This document shows, in pieces, positions 1 to 8,742 of a stretch of DNA of 56,603 bases. The DNA comes from an uncultured Muribaculaceae bacterium (GTDB lineage: Bacteria > Bacillota_I > Bacilli_A > RF39 > UBA660). The stretch's first letter is position 1; every line of letters starts with the position of its first letter. The notes under the pieces are model-generated. The model had not been told where the DNA came from and did no database searches. It saw only the letters and a program-made list of their open reading frames with translations. The translations under genes and the position numbers were made by a program. The stretch covers positions 1 to 56,603 of the forward strand of contig CAZFXQ010000001.1 in assembly GCA_964523265.1 (NCBI GenBank), read 5' to 3'.

Positions 1-258
1 CTTAGAACTTATTTTACAGCAGGTGAAAAAGAAGTTAGAGCATGGACTTTTAAAAATGGTATGAAAGCTCCAGAATGTGCTGGTATTATACATAGTGATT
101 TTGAAAAGGGATTTATAAGAGCTGAAGTAATAAGTTTTGATGATATGAAAAAGTATGGTGGGGAAAAAGAATGTAAGGAAAAAGGTAAGGTTAGAAGTGA
201 GGGAAAGGAATACTTAATGCAAGATGGAGACATCTGCTTGTTTAGATTTAATAGATAG
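1..258 (+). CDS. ychF: Ribosome-binding ATPase YchF, C-terminal fragment (N-terminus lies upstream of the window)
   Basis: Frame 1 is open from base 1. The translation [48 protein letters not shown]...GDICLFRFN matches the conserved YchF/OLA1 C-terminal region. Confidence 0.9.
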   Translation, partial: LRTYFTAGEKEVRAWTFKNGMKAPECAGIIHSDFEKGFIRAEVISFDDMKKYGGEKECKEKGKVRSEGKEYLMQDGDICLFRFNR

Positions 259-262
259 GTGA

Positions 263-655
263 ATGTTTATGAATGTAAGAGATAAATTATTTGGAATTAG
301 TACTAAAAATTTATATATTGGTCAATTGACATCACAAATTATTAAGTATGATGTAATGACAAACGTTACTGATTACAGTGTTTTAAAACCAAAAGGGAAT
401 TATGTATTAGTAAAGCAAAAAAATAAATTACTAGAAAGTAAATCACTTAGAAGAAAAAAATATAAAGATACATTTTCTCATTCTACTTATAATCCATTTA
501 ATCAAATAGGAAATTTACCAAATGAAACTGTTGTTATTCCGGTAAGAAAAATTATAGTAAAACAGAAAAGGATTAAGTATAAGGATGCACAAATGCTAAT
601 TGATAGACTAAATTTTGGTGATGAAATTGATGAAAAAATTAAAGTAAAAAGGTAG
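263..655 (+). CDS. Hypothetical basic protein (130 aa), no family recognised
   Basis: The ORF starts 4 nt after the ychF stop. It is K/R-rich with no TM segment or recognisable motif. It sits where Bacillus carries a small DUF951 gene but does not resemble it. Confidence 0.45.
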   Translation: MFMNVRDKLFGISTKNLYIGQLTSQIIKYDVMTNVTDYSVLKPKGNYVLVKQKNKLLESKSLRRKKYKDTFSHSTYNPFNQIGNLPNETVVIPVRKIIVKQKRIKYKDAQMLIDRLNFGDEIDEKIKVKR

Positions 656-684
656 TTTACAATAACCATCTTTTTTGTTATAAT
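656..684 (+). promoter_or_regulatory. Sigma-A-type promoter for rpsF-ssb-rpsR (TTTACA, 17 nt spacer, TATAAT with upstream TG)
   Basis: TTTACA lies at 656-661 and TGTTATAAT at 676-684. A ~75 nt leader follows, containing the hairpin CTTAAC-AAC-GTTAAG (715-729). Confidence 0.45.
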
Positions 685-760
685 ACAAAGCGAGTAAGAA
701 ATTGCTCTCTTGCTCTTAACAACGTTAAGGGCCAATAGACCAGAAGAGGAGGAATGAAAT

Positions 761-1045
761 ATGAAATATGAAATAATGTTCATAGTAAGACCTAATTTAG
801 ATGAAGAAGCTGTAAAAAAAGTTGCAACTGATTTTGAAAAAGTTTTAACTGATAATGGTGCAACAATTACATCTTCAAAGGATTTAGGTCAAAAAGAATT
901 AGCTTATGAAATAAAAACTCATAAAACAGGTTATTATTTCTTAATTAATATTGAAGCTAATGACGCTAAAGCAATTAACGAATTTGATCGTTTAGCTTTA
1001 ATAAGTGAAGATATTATTCGTCATTTAATAATTAAAGAAGATTAA
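761..1045 (+). CDS. rpsF: 30S ribosomal protein S6
   Basis: MKYEIMFIVRPNLDEE...ELAYEI...GYYFLINIEA is a typical S6 sequence. The RBS AGAGGAGG lies 8 nt upstream. The rpsF-ssb-rpsR order is conserved. Confidence 0.95.
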   Translation: MKYEIMFIVRPNLDEEAVKKVATDFEKVLTDNGATITSSKDLGQKELAYEIKTHKTGYYFLINIEANDAKAINEFDRLALISEDIIRHLIIKED

Positions 1046-1058
1046 TCGGAGGTAAAAA

Positions 1059-1526
1059 ATGAATAAAACATTTTTAATAGGAAGATTAACAAGGGATCCA
1101 GAATTAAGGTATTCTTCAAGTAATATGGCAATTGTTAATTTTACAATAGCAATTGATAGACAATTTACTAATAAAGATGGTCAAAGAGAAACTGACTTTA
1201 TTAGAATAGTTGCATATAACAAGCAAGCAGAAAATGTTAAGAAGTACGTAACAAAAGGTGCTCTTGTTGCAGTTGATGGTAGAATACAAACTGGTAGTTA
1301 TGATGATAAGGATGGAAAAAGGGTTTATACAACAGATGTAGTAGCAGATCGTGTTCAGTTTTTGGATACAAAAAATCAATCATCACAAATAGATAATTCA
1401 AGTGATAATGTTACGCCTGCTGATTTTCAAGCAGAAAGTAGTGTTAATGAAACTAATGTATCAGATGATGTTTTTGCAGATTTTGGCAGTTCAATTGAAA
1501 TTAGTGATGATGATATAGCATTTTAA
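1059..1526 (+). CDS. ssb: Single-stranded DNA-binding protein
   Basis: MNKTFLIGRLTRDPELRY...FTIA forms an OB fold. The acidic C-terminal tip DDDIAF is typical of SSB. Confidence 0.95.
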   Translation: MNKTFLIGRLTRDPELRYSSSNMAIVNFTIAIDRQFTNKDGQRETDFIRIVAYNKQAENVKKYVTKGALVAVDGRIQTGSYDDKDGKRVYTTDVVADRVQFLDTKNQSSQIDNSSDNVTPADFQAESSVNETNVSDDVFADFGSSIEISDDDIAF

Positions 1527-1547
1527 TAAAAATAAAGGAGGATAAAA

Positions 1548-1763
1548 ATGGCAGAGTTTTTTAGAAAGAAAAAGAAAGTATGTCAAATGTGTGCTGGCAA
1601 AACGATAAGTTATAAAGAACCTGAAATTTTAAAGAAATATATTACTGAAAAAGGAAAAATATTATCAAGAAGAGTTACAGGAACTTGTGCAAAGCACCAA
1701 AGAGATGTTGCAAGAGAAGTTAAAAGAGCTAGAATGGTAGCCTTACTTCCTTTCACAAGATAG
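1548..1763 (+). CDS. rpsR: 30S ribosomal protein S18
   Basis: The motifs KKVCQMC...[33 protein letters not shown] are characteristic of S18. Confidence 0.95.
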   Translation: MAEFFRKKKKVCQMCAGKTISYKEPEILKKYITEKGKILSRRVTGTCAKHQRDVAREVKRARMVALLPFTR

Positions 1764-1768
1764 TTTTG

Positions 1769-1799
1769 GAAAACGAAAGATATATTCGTTTTCTTTTTG
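1769..1799 (+). terminator. Rho-independent terminator after rpsR
   Basis: Stem GAAAACG (1769-1775) pairs with CGTTTTC (1787-1793), followed by TTTTTGT. Confidence 0.6.
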
Positions 1800-1864
1800 T
1801 TTTATTTAAACAAAAAATATGTTATAATTATTTAAAGATTACTTGTTATGAAAGAAGGCTATTT

Positions 1865-2305
1865 ATGAAAGTTATTTTTATAAAAGATGTTAAAGGTCAA
1901 GGTAAAGAAGGGGACATTAAAGAGGTTAAAGATGGATATGCACAGAACTTTTTAATTAAAAATGGTTATGCTGTAGCCTTAACAAAAAGAAGTAAGGAAG
2001 TTCTTGATATAAGTAATAAGAAAAGAGAAGAAAAAGAACAAGAAGATATAAAAAGATGTAATAAAATAAAAGATGAATTAAAAGATAAGATTTTAACTTT
2101 TAAGGTAAAAACAGGAAAAAATGATATGGTTTTTGGAAGTATATCAACAAAGCAGATAGCTAGCAAATTGGAAGAAATTGGATATAAGATAGATAAGAAG
2201 AAGATAATTTTAGATGAAACTATTAGTACTCTTGGATATCATAATGTAAAAATAAACTTACATAAAAAAGTAGAAGCAATAGTTAAAATAGAATTAATAA
2301 AATAG
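1865..2305 (+). CDS. rplI: 50S ribosomal protein L9
   Basis: MKVIFIKDVKGQGKEGDIKEVKDGYAQNFLIKNGYAV is the canonical L9 N-terminus. The ORF-track start at 1766 would run through the rpsR terminator, so it was rejected. Confidence 0.93.
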   Translation: MKVIFIKDVKGQGKEGDIKEVKDGYAQNFLIKNGYAVALTKRSKEVLDISNKKREEKEQEDIKRCNKIKDELKDKILTFKVKTGKNDMVFGSISTKQIASKLEEIGYKIDKKKIILDETISTLGYHNVKINLHKKVEAIVKIELIK

Positions 2306-2322
2306 AAAAAGGAAGTGATAAA

Positions 2323-3663
2323 ATGGACAGAAGAATGCCAAATTCAAAAGAAGCAGAAAAAGCAGTGTTAGGTTCTGCCCTTTTATCAAAGGTAGCACTT
2401 CAAAAAGTGTGCGATGAGTTATCAGAAGACTCATTTTATAATGATGCTAACAGAAAAATATTTGAGGTGTTACGTGAGCTTAATGATTCTTCAATTGAAA
2501 TAGACTTAACAATACTAACTAATAAATTAAGTGATAAAAAAATATTAAGTGAGGTTGGAAATGTTGAGTATTTATCAGAAGTTATAGATTCTGTGCCATC
2601 TGCTTCTAATGTTGAGTACTATATAGGTATTTTAAAAGAAAAGATGGTTGCGAGGAAAATTATTGAAACCGCAACTGAAATTGCAAATGATGTTTATGGA
2701 CAAGAAGATAATATATATAATGTTTTAGATAATGCTGAAATGAAGATGCTTAGAATCGGTAACATGAGGAAAACAACAGAATTTAAAAAAATTCAAGATG
2801 TTGCATACCGTGAGCAAGAAAATTTAGAAAAATTAGCAGAATTAGGATCTGAAATAACAGGTCTTGCAACAGGATTTACTGATTTTGATAGATTAACAGC
2901 AGGATTACAGCCAAGTCAATTTATTATTATAGCAGCACGTCCTGCTATGGGTAAAACGGCATTTGCGCTTAATTTAGCGACATATGCAGCAATGCATTCT
3001 AAAAAAGCTGTTGCGTTATTTAATTTAGAAATGAGTGCTGAACAATTAGCAAACAGAATTCTTCAATCACTGGGTCAAATAAATGGTTTTAAGATGCGTA
3101 CTGGTAAACTAGAACATAATGATTGGAAAAGATTAAATGAAGCAATAAGTCAGTTATCCGATACTAATTTATATTTAGATGATACACCAGGTGTAACAAT
3201 TGGTGAGATAAGAAGTAAATGTAGAAGGCTTGCTAATTCAGATGTTGGGTTAGGATTGGTTGTAATAGATTACTTACAATTAGTTACTGGTCCGTCAAAG
3301 ACAATTGGTAATAGGCAGCAAGAAGTATCAGAAATTTCACGTAATTTAAAAACAATGGCCTTGGAACTTGGTGTTCCGGTAATTGCACTTGCACAGCTTT
3401 CTCGTGCTGTTGAATCTCGTGAAGATAAAAGACCAATTATGAGTGACTTAAGGGAATCTGGCTCAATAGAGCAGGATGCTGATATAGTATCATTTTTATA
3501 CAGAGATGATTATTATAATAAAGAGGCAAGAAGAGATGATAATTGTAGTATAACTGAATTTATAATTGGTAAAAACAGAAGTGGTCCAACTTCAACAATT
3601 GAATTATTATTTAAAAAGGATACATCTACATTTGTAAATTATCAAAAGGAGAATGGTGAATAA
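2323..3663 (+). CDS. dnaB: Replicative DNA helicase (DnaB family; called DnaC in Bacillus)
   Basis: N-terminal PNSKEAEKAVLGSALL, Walker A ARPAMGKTAFALN, Walker B VVIDYLQL and SQLSRAVE...RESGSIEQDAD are all present. The rplI-dnaB order is conserved. Confidence 0.95.
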   Translation: MDRRMPNSKEAEKAVLGSALLSKVALQKVCDELSEDSFYNDANRKIFEVLRELNDSSIEIDLTILTNKLSDKKILSEVGNVEYLSEVIDSVPSASNVEYYIGILKEKMVARKIIETATEIANDVYGQEDNIYNVLDNAEMKMLRIGNMRKTTEFKKIQDVAYREQENLEKLAELGSEITGLATGFTDFDRLTAGLQPSQFIIIAARPAMGKTAFALNLATYAAMHSKKAVALFNLEMSAEQLANRILQSLGQINGFKMRTGKLEHNDWKRLNEAISQLSDTNLYLDDTPGVTIGEIRSKCRRLANSDVGLGLVVIDYLQLVTGPSKTIGNRQQEVSEISRNLKTMALELGVPVIALAQLSRAVESREDKRPIMSDLRESGSIEQDADIVSFLYRDDYYNKEARRDDNCSITEFIIGKNRSGPTSTIELLFKKDTSTFVNYQKENGE

Positions 3664-3664
3664 A

Positions 3665-5140
3665 ATGATGAAAGTAATAAAAAATGGGGTAATATATTTA
3701 GGAGCGATTATAGTAGCGTTTTTGATAATGTTATTTGTTAATTTTTCAAATAAGTATGAATTAAATCCGAAAGAAATATATAAAGTATATTTAGATGGTA
3801 AGGTAATAGGCAATATTAATGATAAACAAGAGCTAGAAGATTATATAAATAATGAACAAAAAGATTTAAAAGAAAAATATAAAGTTGATAAAGTATATAT
3901 ACCAACTGGTGTTGATATTCAAAAATGTACTACATACGAAAAAGAAATTTTAACTGCTAAACAAGTTCATAATATAATAAAAGAAGAAAAACCATTTACA
4001 GTAAAAGGTTATAAGGTTACTATAAAGTCTAAAGACGAAGATGAAGATGACATGATTTTATATGTTCTAGATAAAGATATGTTTGATAAATCTATTAAGG
4101 CTGTATTACAAGCATTTGTATCAAAAGATGACGTAACTAATTTTGAAAATAACACACAACCAGAAATTAAGGATACAGGATCATTAATAGAAGATATTTA
4201 TATTGATCAAGATATAGTTATAACACGAGGATATATATCAACAGATGAACAGATATTTACTGATGAAAAAAGTCTTACTAAATATTTGCTTTTTGGTGAA
4301 GTAAAAGACGAAGAATATTACACTGTTCAGGAAGGAGATACAATAAACTCAATTGCATTTGCTCACAAGCTGGCGCCAGAAGAGTTTTTAATAGTAAATC
4401 CTGAATTTACTAGTGTTAATAATTTGTTATCACCTGGTGAACAAGTTAAGATTGGTTTAATTAATCCTGTTATTGATGTTGTTGTTGAAAAGCATTCTGT
4501 TTTTGATCAAGAAAGTAGATATAAAACGATAACAGAATATGATCCTAATATTATGGCAGGTGTTCAAGAAGTAAAAATAGATGGGCAAAATGGTATGGAT
4601 AGAATGACTTCTAAAATCAAGCAAGTTAATGGTGAAACTACAAATGTTGTTATCGTTAATCAAGAAGTATTAACACCATCAGTTGATAAAGTTGTAAAAG
4701 TTGGTACAAAGTCAATTTATGGTGGAGAAACTTTAGTTGCATCAGGAGATTGGGCATGGCCAACAATATCACAGTATTATATATCAAGTCCATTTGCGTA
4801 TCGTTGGGGTGTGTTACATGATGCTATTGATATAGCAGGCTCTGGTGAAGGATCACCTATTTATGCTGCTAATGATGGAACAGTTGCAACTGCTTCATGG
4901 GGACATTATAGTTTAGGAAATCACGTTGTCATAAATCATAATAATGGTTATTATACAATGTATGCACATTTATCTTCTATAAATGTGTCTGTTGGACAAA
5001 CTGTACGTAAATATCAACAAATTGGGGCTATGGGACACACAGGACAAGCAACAGGTACGCACTTACATTTTGGCGTGTATGTAAATGGTATGCCGTATAG
5101 AGGCGGTACACCAATAGATCCACTAACGTTATATAGATAA
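3665..5140 (+). CDS. Membrane-anchored peptidoglycan hydrolase with LysM, G5 and M23 (LytM) metallopeptidase domains
   Basis: - N-terminal TM anchor.
- LysM-like YTVQEGDTINSIAF.
- G5-like ...VQEVKIDGQNGMDRMTSKIKQVNGE...VKVGTK.
- M23 motifs HDAIDIAG and HTGQATGTHLHFGVY.
- Start is ambiguous: in-frame ATGs at 3653, 3665 and 3668. GGTGA at 3655-3659 favours 3665 or 3668. Confidence 0.85.
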   Translation: MMKVIKNGVIYLGAIIVAFLIMLFVNFSNKYELNPKEIYKVYLDGKVIGNINDKQELEDYINNEQKDLKEKYKVDKVYIPTGVDIQKCTTYEKEILTAKQVHNIIKEEKPFTVKGYKVTIKSKDEDEDDMILYVLDKDMFDKSIKAVLQAFVSKDDVTNFENNTQPEIKDTGSLIEDIYIDQDIVITRGYISTDEQIFTDEKSLTKYLLFGEVKDEEYYTVQEGDTINSIAFAHKLAPEEFLIVNPEFTSVNNLLSPGEQVKIGLINPVIDVVVEKHSVFDQESRYKTITEYDPNIMAGVQEVKIDGQNGMDRMTSKIKQVNGETTNVVIVNQEVLTPSVDKVVKVGTKSIYGGETLVASGDWAWPTISQYYISSPFAYRWGVLHDAIDIAGSGEGSPIYAANDGTVATASWGHYSLGNHVVINHNNGYYTMYAHLSSINVSVGQTVRKYQQIGAMGHTGQATGTHLHFGVYVNGMPYRGGTPIDPLTLYR

Positions 5141-5907
5141 TGCAAATATCTGTTTTATCAAGTGGTAGTAAAGGGAATAGTACTTTAGTAAAGACAAATA
5201 GCACCAAGATCTTAATTGATCTTGGTGTTACTAAAAATTATGCAGAAGATAAGTTAAAGGAGTTAAATGTGGATCCTTCTGAAATAAGTGCTATTTTAAT
5301 AACACACACCCACGTGGATCATATTCAAGGATTAAAAGTCTTTTTAAAAAAATATCATCCTAACTTATATGTTACTAAAGAAATATTAGGTATTTTAAAT
5401 GAATATGATTTAAATGCAAATTATGTTATTTATGATGGTAATAAAACCACCATTGGCGATTTGAATGTATCATACATAAAGATATCACATGATGCACCTG
5501 AAGCCATTGGTTTTGTCATAAGTGATTTAAAAAAATCAATTGTCTATATTACTGATACCGGATATATAAATAATAGATATTTTGAAAAACTTTCGAATCA
5601 TGATTTATATGTAATAGAAAGTAATCATGATGTTAGTATGTTAATGAATGGAAAGTATCCATATCATTTAAAACAAAGAATATTAGGTAATAAAGGCCAC
5701 TTATCAAATGATGATGCTGGTTATTACTTATCAATGTTTATTGGTAATAAAACCAAAACTGTTATTTTGGCACACTTAAGTGATGATAATAACACTTATG
5801 AAAAAGCATATGATACGGTAAATAGTATTTTAAAAGGCAAGAATATTAAAATTAAAAATTTATTAATAGCAAAACAAAAACAAAGAACGGAATTAATAGA
5901 AGTATGA
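5140..5907 (+). CDS. MBL-fold metallo-hydrolase, YycJ/WalJ-like
   Basis: MQISVLSSGSKGNSTLV...ILITHTHVDHIQG carries the HxHxDH motif. The TAATG overlap with the upstream gene suggests translational coupling. No walRK genes are nearby. Confidence 0.85.
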   Translation: MQISVLSSGSKGNSTLVKTNSTKILIDLGVTKNYAEDKLKELNVDPSEISAILITHTHVDHIQGLKVFLKKYHPNLYVTKEILGILNEYDLNANYVIYDGNKTTIGDLNVSYIKISHDAPEAIGFVISDLKKSIVYITDTGYINNRYFEKLSNHDLYVIESNHDVSMLMNGKYPYHLKQRILGNKGHLSNDDAGYYLSMFIGNKTKTVILAHLSDDNNTYEKAYDTVNSILKGKNIKIKNLLIAKQKQRTELIEV

Positions 5908-6350
5908 TAAAAATAATATGTGTTGGTAAAATAAAAGAAAAATTTTATGTTGATGCAATTAATGAATACAAAAAAAGATTAAGTAAATATACTAAATTAG
6001 AAATAATAGAAACACCAGATTATAATTTTGATGAAGAAAAGACAAAATTAGAAGAAGGGAAAAATATATTATCAAAAATAAAGGATACTGATTTTGTTGT
6101 AACTTTAGAAATAAATGGTAATATGCTTTCCTCTAATGAATTATCAGAGTTTATTAATAAAAATATAACAAAAAATATTGTTTTTGTAATAGGTGGTTCA
6201 TTAGGTTTATCAGAAGAAGTACTTAAGAGATCTAATTATTCGTTATCGTTTTCAAAATTAACCTTTCCGCATCAATTATTTAGAATAATATTATTAGAAC
6301 AAATATATCGTTCATTTAAAATAATAAATAATGAAAGTTATCATAAATGA
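5904..6350 (+). CDS. rlmH: 23S rRNA (pseudouridine1915-N3)-methyltransferase RlmH
   Basis: MIKIICVGKIKEKFYVDAINEYKKRL...FVIGGSLGLSEEV...LSFSKLTFPHQLFRIILLEQIYR is the SPOUT-class RlmH signature. It overlaps the upstream gene by ATGA. Confidence 0.92.
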   Translation: MIKIICVGKIKEKFYVDAINEYKKRLSKYTKLEIIETPDYNFDEEKTKLEEGKNILSKIKDTDFVVTLEINGNMLSSNELSEFINKNITKNIVFVIGGSLGLSEEVLKRSNYSLSFSKLTFPHQLFRIILLEQIYRSFKIINNESYHK

Positions 6351-6431
6351 CTGGTTAACTTCTAAAATCAATAGTAACAATATTGTTAAATATGATAAAG
6401 TTTTATATAATATATCTTGGAAGTGGTAAGT

Positions 6432-7082
6432 ATGTTTCATAATAGTTGGGATGAGGTATTGACCTTTGAAATGCAAAAGTCTTATTTTAAATATATAAAA
6501 GAATTTGTTAAAGAAGAACGATTAACAAAAACTATATATCCCAGTGCAACAGATTTATTTAATGCATTTAGATTAACTGATTTTAAAGATATAAAAGTGG
6601 TTATATTAGGCCAGGATCCATACCATGGTGAGAATGAGGCTATGGGGCTTTCTTTTTCTGTTAGACAAGGTGTAAAAATGCCACCATCACTTAGAAATAT
6701 ATTCAAAGAATTACAAGATGATTTAGGAATAGAAAGGACAAATACAGATTTATCTGATTGGGCAAAACAGGGTGTATTTTTACTTAATACTGTTCTAACA
6801 GTTGAAAAAGATAAAGCTAATTCACATAAGGATATAGGTTGGGAAATATTTACTGATTATGTTATAAAACAAATAAATGATAGATTAGATAATGTTGTGT
6901 TTATCCTATGGGGAAGAAGTGCAAGAGAAAAGAAAAAAATAATTACAAATAAAACACATAAGATAATTGAGTCAGCTCATCCATCCCCACTTTCTGCGTA
7001 TAATGGCTTTTTTGGTAGTAAACCATTTTCTAAAACAAATGAATATTTAGAGCAAAAACAAAAGAAGAAAATAAAGTTTTAA
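6432..7082 (+). CDS. ung: Uracil-DNA glycosylase (family 1)
   Basis: GQDPYHG, GLSFSV, LLLN-type FLLNTVLTV and HPSPLSA motifs are present. The ATG at 6432 with GGAAGTGG upstream is preferred over the TTG at 6417. Confidence 0.92.
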   Translation: MFHNSWDEVLTFEMQKSYFKYIKEFVKEERLTKTIYPSATDLFNAFRLTDFKDIKVVILGQDPYHGENEAMGLSFSVRQGVKMPPSLRNIFKELQDDLGIERTNTDLSDWAKQGVFLLNTVLTVEKDKANSHKDIGWEIFTDYVIKQINDRLDNVVFILWGRSAREKKKIITNKTHKIIESAHPSPLSAYNGFFGSKPFSKTNEYLEQKQKKKIKF

Positions 7083-7570
7083 TTAAAATATAACTTTCTT
7101 TTTCTTCTTTTTATTATGTTAGTAAAGATTATTGGGAATTTTTTTATTAATTTATTATATTTTTCAATTACATCATTATAATATGATTTATACGATGTTA
7201 TTTGATCATTAGTTTCACTTATTTGAAAGGAAATTTTGTCAAATTCATCACTTTCATTTAAAGTTTCATATTTGTTTTTTATTAGTTCAAATTCATTGAC
7301 ATATATTAGAATTGTTCTATCAAGTTCAATTATATCACTTGCATTATTAATTTCATTATCAAAGTTTTCATATATTGCTTTTTGTGTATTTAATATTTCT
7401 TTAATAAGTATTTCTGAATCTTTTAATAGTTCTTTTTGTTTTAATAAGGAACTTTTTAATTTTTCTTCTACACAATTAATCTTAATATTAAGAAAAATTA
7501 ATTTATCATGATATATTTTGTATAAAAATATAATAAAAGCGAGTATTACTACAATAACTATTATAATCAT
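7079..7570 (-). CDS. LemA-family-like membrane protein
   Basis: N-terminal TM helix, coiled-coil body and a C-terminal YYNDVIEKYNKLIKKFPIIFTNII motif that resembles the LemA family. Its stop overlaps the ung stop by 4 nt (convergent genes). Confidence 0.6.
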   Translation of the reverse strand: MIIIVIVVILAFIIFLYKIYHDKLIFLNIKINCVEEKLKSSLLKQKELLKDSEILIKEILNTQKAIYENFDNEINNASDIIELDRTILIYVNEFELIKNKYETLNESDEFDKISFQISETNDQITSYKSYYNDVIEKYNKLIKKFPIIFTNIIKRRKRKLYFN

Positions 7571-7633
7571 TTTATTACCTCTATTCTAATTTTGATTATA
7601 TCAAAATAGATAATTATTTACAATATTAATGAA

Positions 7634-8050
7634 TTAATTTTCTAAATAAAAATTAGGACTATAATTTATTTTTTCTTCAAAATCAACGTAATTTAAATAT
7701 ATCATTAAAAGTAAATACCATCTTCCTGTCGATGGGTCACTTACTATTATGTGGTCTCTGCCAGCAGCTTCTATTATGCCAGTAAATGTTTTGTCTCTCC
7801 ACTCAACAGAATCTGGAAAAGAAAAATAAAGAGTTGCTAGTTTTCCTTTGTTTAGTCTCAATATATTTTCAACGTATGATTGTTCTAATGCCAACATATT
7901 GTTATTAGCTTGCATTATAGCACTATTTTGATTGCTTGAATTAATTGAGTTATTACTTGGTATTGATGCAATACCATTTGAAAGAGTAGCGTTAAATCCT
8001 TCGCTATTAATATTTGGGTACATAGGGTTTGAATAATAATTTGTGTTCAT
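7634..8050 (-). CDS. gerQ: Spore coat protein GerQ (YwdL family)
   Basis: The C-terminal block EQSYVENILRLNKGKLATLYFSF...EWRDKTFTGIIEAAGRDHIIVSDPSTGRWYLLLMIYLNYVDFEE matches the conserved GerQ core. The N-terminus is N/S/Q-rich. The start at 8050 has GGAG upstream, so the ORF-track start at 8110 was rejected. Confidence 0.8.
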   Translation of the reverse strand: MNTNYYSNPMYPNINSEGFNATLSNGIASIPSNNSINSSNQNSAIMQANNNMLALEQSYVENILRLNKGKLATLYFSFPDSVEWRDKTFTGIIEAAGRDHIIVSDPSTGRWYLLLMIYLNYVDFEEKINYSPNFYLEN

Positions 8051-8079
8051 TTTTTTCTCCTTTTGAATTAATATAATTA

Positions 8080-8108
8080 AGTATATGATTGTTATAATTA
8101 TAATATAC
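8080..8108 (-). promoter_or_regulatory. Possible mother-cell (sigma-E-like) promoter upstream of gerQ
   Basis: The minus strand reads gtATAtt, a 16 nt spacer, then CATATACT, about 30 nt upstream of the gerQ ATG. This resembles the B. subtilis sigma-E pattern ATA-16/18-CATAca-T. The motif is AT-rich, so a chance match is quite possible. Confidence 0.25.
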
Positions 8109-8128
8109 ATGTTATAATACTTAAGGAG

Positions 8129-8704
8129 ATGATGGAAGTGAAAGTGAGTATAGGTGTTTCAGCAAGACATGTTCATTTGTGCAAAGAAGATTTAGAAAAA
8201 CTATTTGGAAAAAATTATGAATTAACAAAAAAGAAGGATTTAACGCAACCAGGACAGTTTGCATGTGAAGAACAAGTTGTTTTAGTTGGACAAAAAAACA
8301 AAATAGAAAATGTAAGAATACTTGGACCGCTTAGAAGTAAAACTCAGGTAGAGTTATCAAAGACAGATGCTTACTGTTTAGGTATAGACCCTCCGGTTAG
8401 AAATTCTGGTGATTTAGATGATGCTAAAGAAATAAAAATAATAGGACCTATTGGTGAAATTGTAGTAAGTGCTGCGATTATTGCAACAAGACACTTGCAT
8501 GCAACAGAAGAAGATATAATTAAGTATGGATTAGAAGGTAAAAAGTTTGTTAGTTTGAAATTGGGTGGAGAAAAAGGTGGAATACTTGAAAACGTACATA
8601 TAAGAGTTAGTAATAATTTTAAATTTGAAATTCATTTAGATTTAGATGATGCTAACGCATTTTTAGTTAAAAATGGTGATGTTGGTGAATTGACAATTGA
8701 ATAA
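8129..8704 (+). CDS. pduL: Phosphate propanoyl/acetyl-transferase PduL
   Basis: The repeated PduL motif appears twice, as VSARHVHL and ATRHLHA. The GTG at 8138 is an alternative start, 9 nt after the AAGGAG at 8123-8128. Confidence 0.85.
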   Translation: MMEVKVSIGVSARHVHLCKEDLEKLFGKNYELTKKKDLTQPGQFACEEQVVLVGQKNKIENVRILGPLRSKTQVELSKTDAYCLGIDPPVRNSGDLDDAKEIKIIGPIGEIVVSAAIIATRHLHATEEDIIKYGLEGKKFVSLKLGGEKGGILENVHIRVSNNFKFEIHLDLDDANAFLVKNGDVGELTIE

Positions 8705-8742
8705 TGAATATATATAATAAACTCTTAAGGAGGTAGGATTTC

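Noticed and set aside
1766-1864. N-terminal extensions of several ORF-track entries, with starts at 1766, 7634..8110, 12404, 16322, 24036, 25887, 31284, 33677, 34299, 34768, 36723, 50925 and 51665.
   Set aside because: In each case a downstream start codon with a proper Shine-Dalgarno sequence gives the canonical family N-terminus. The extension either runs through a terminator or overlaps the preceding conserved gene.
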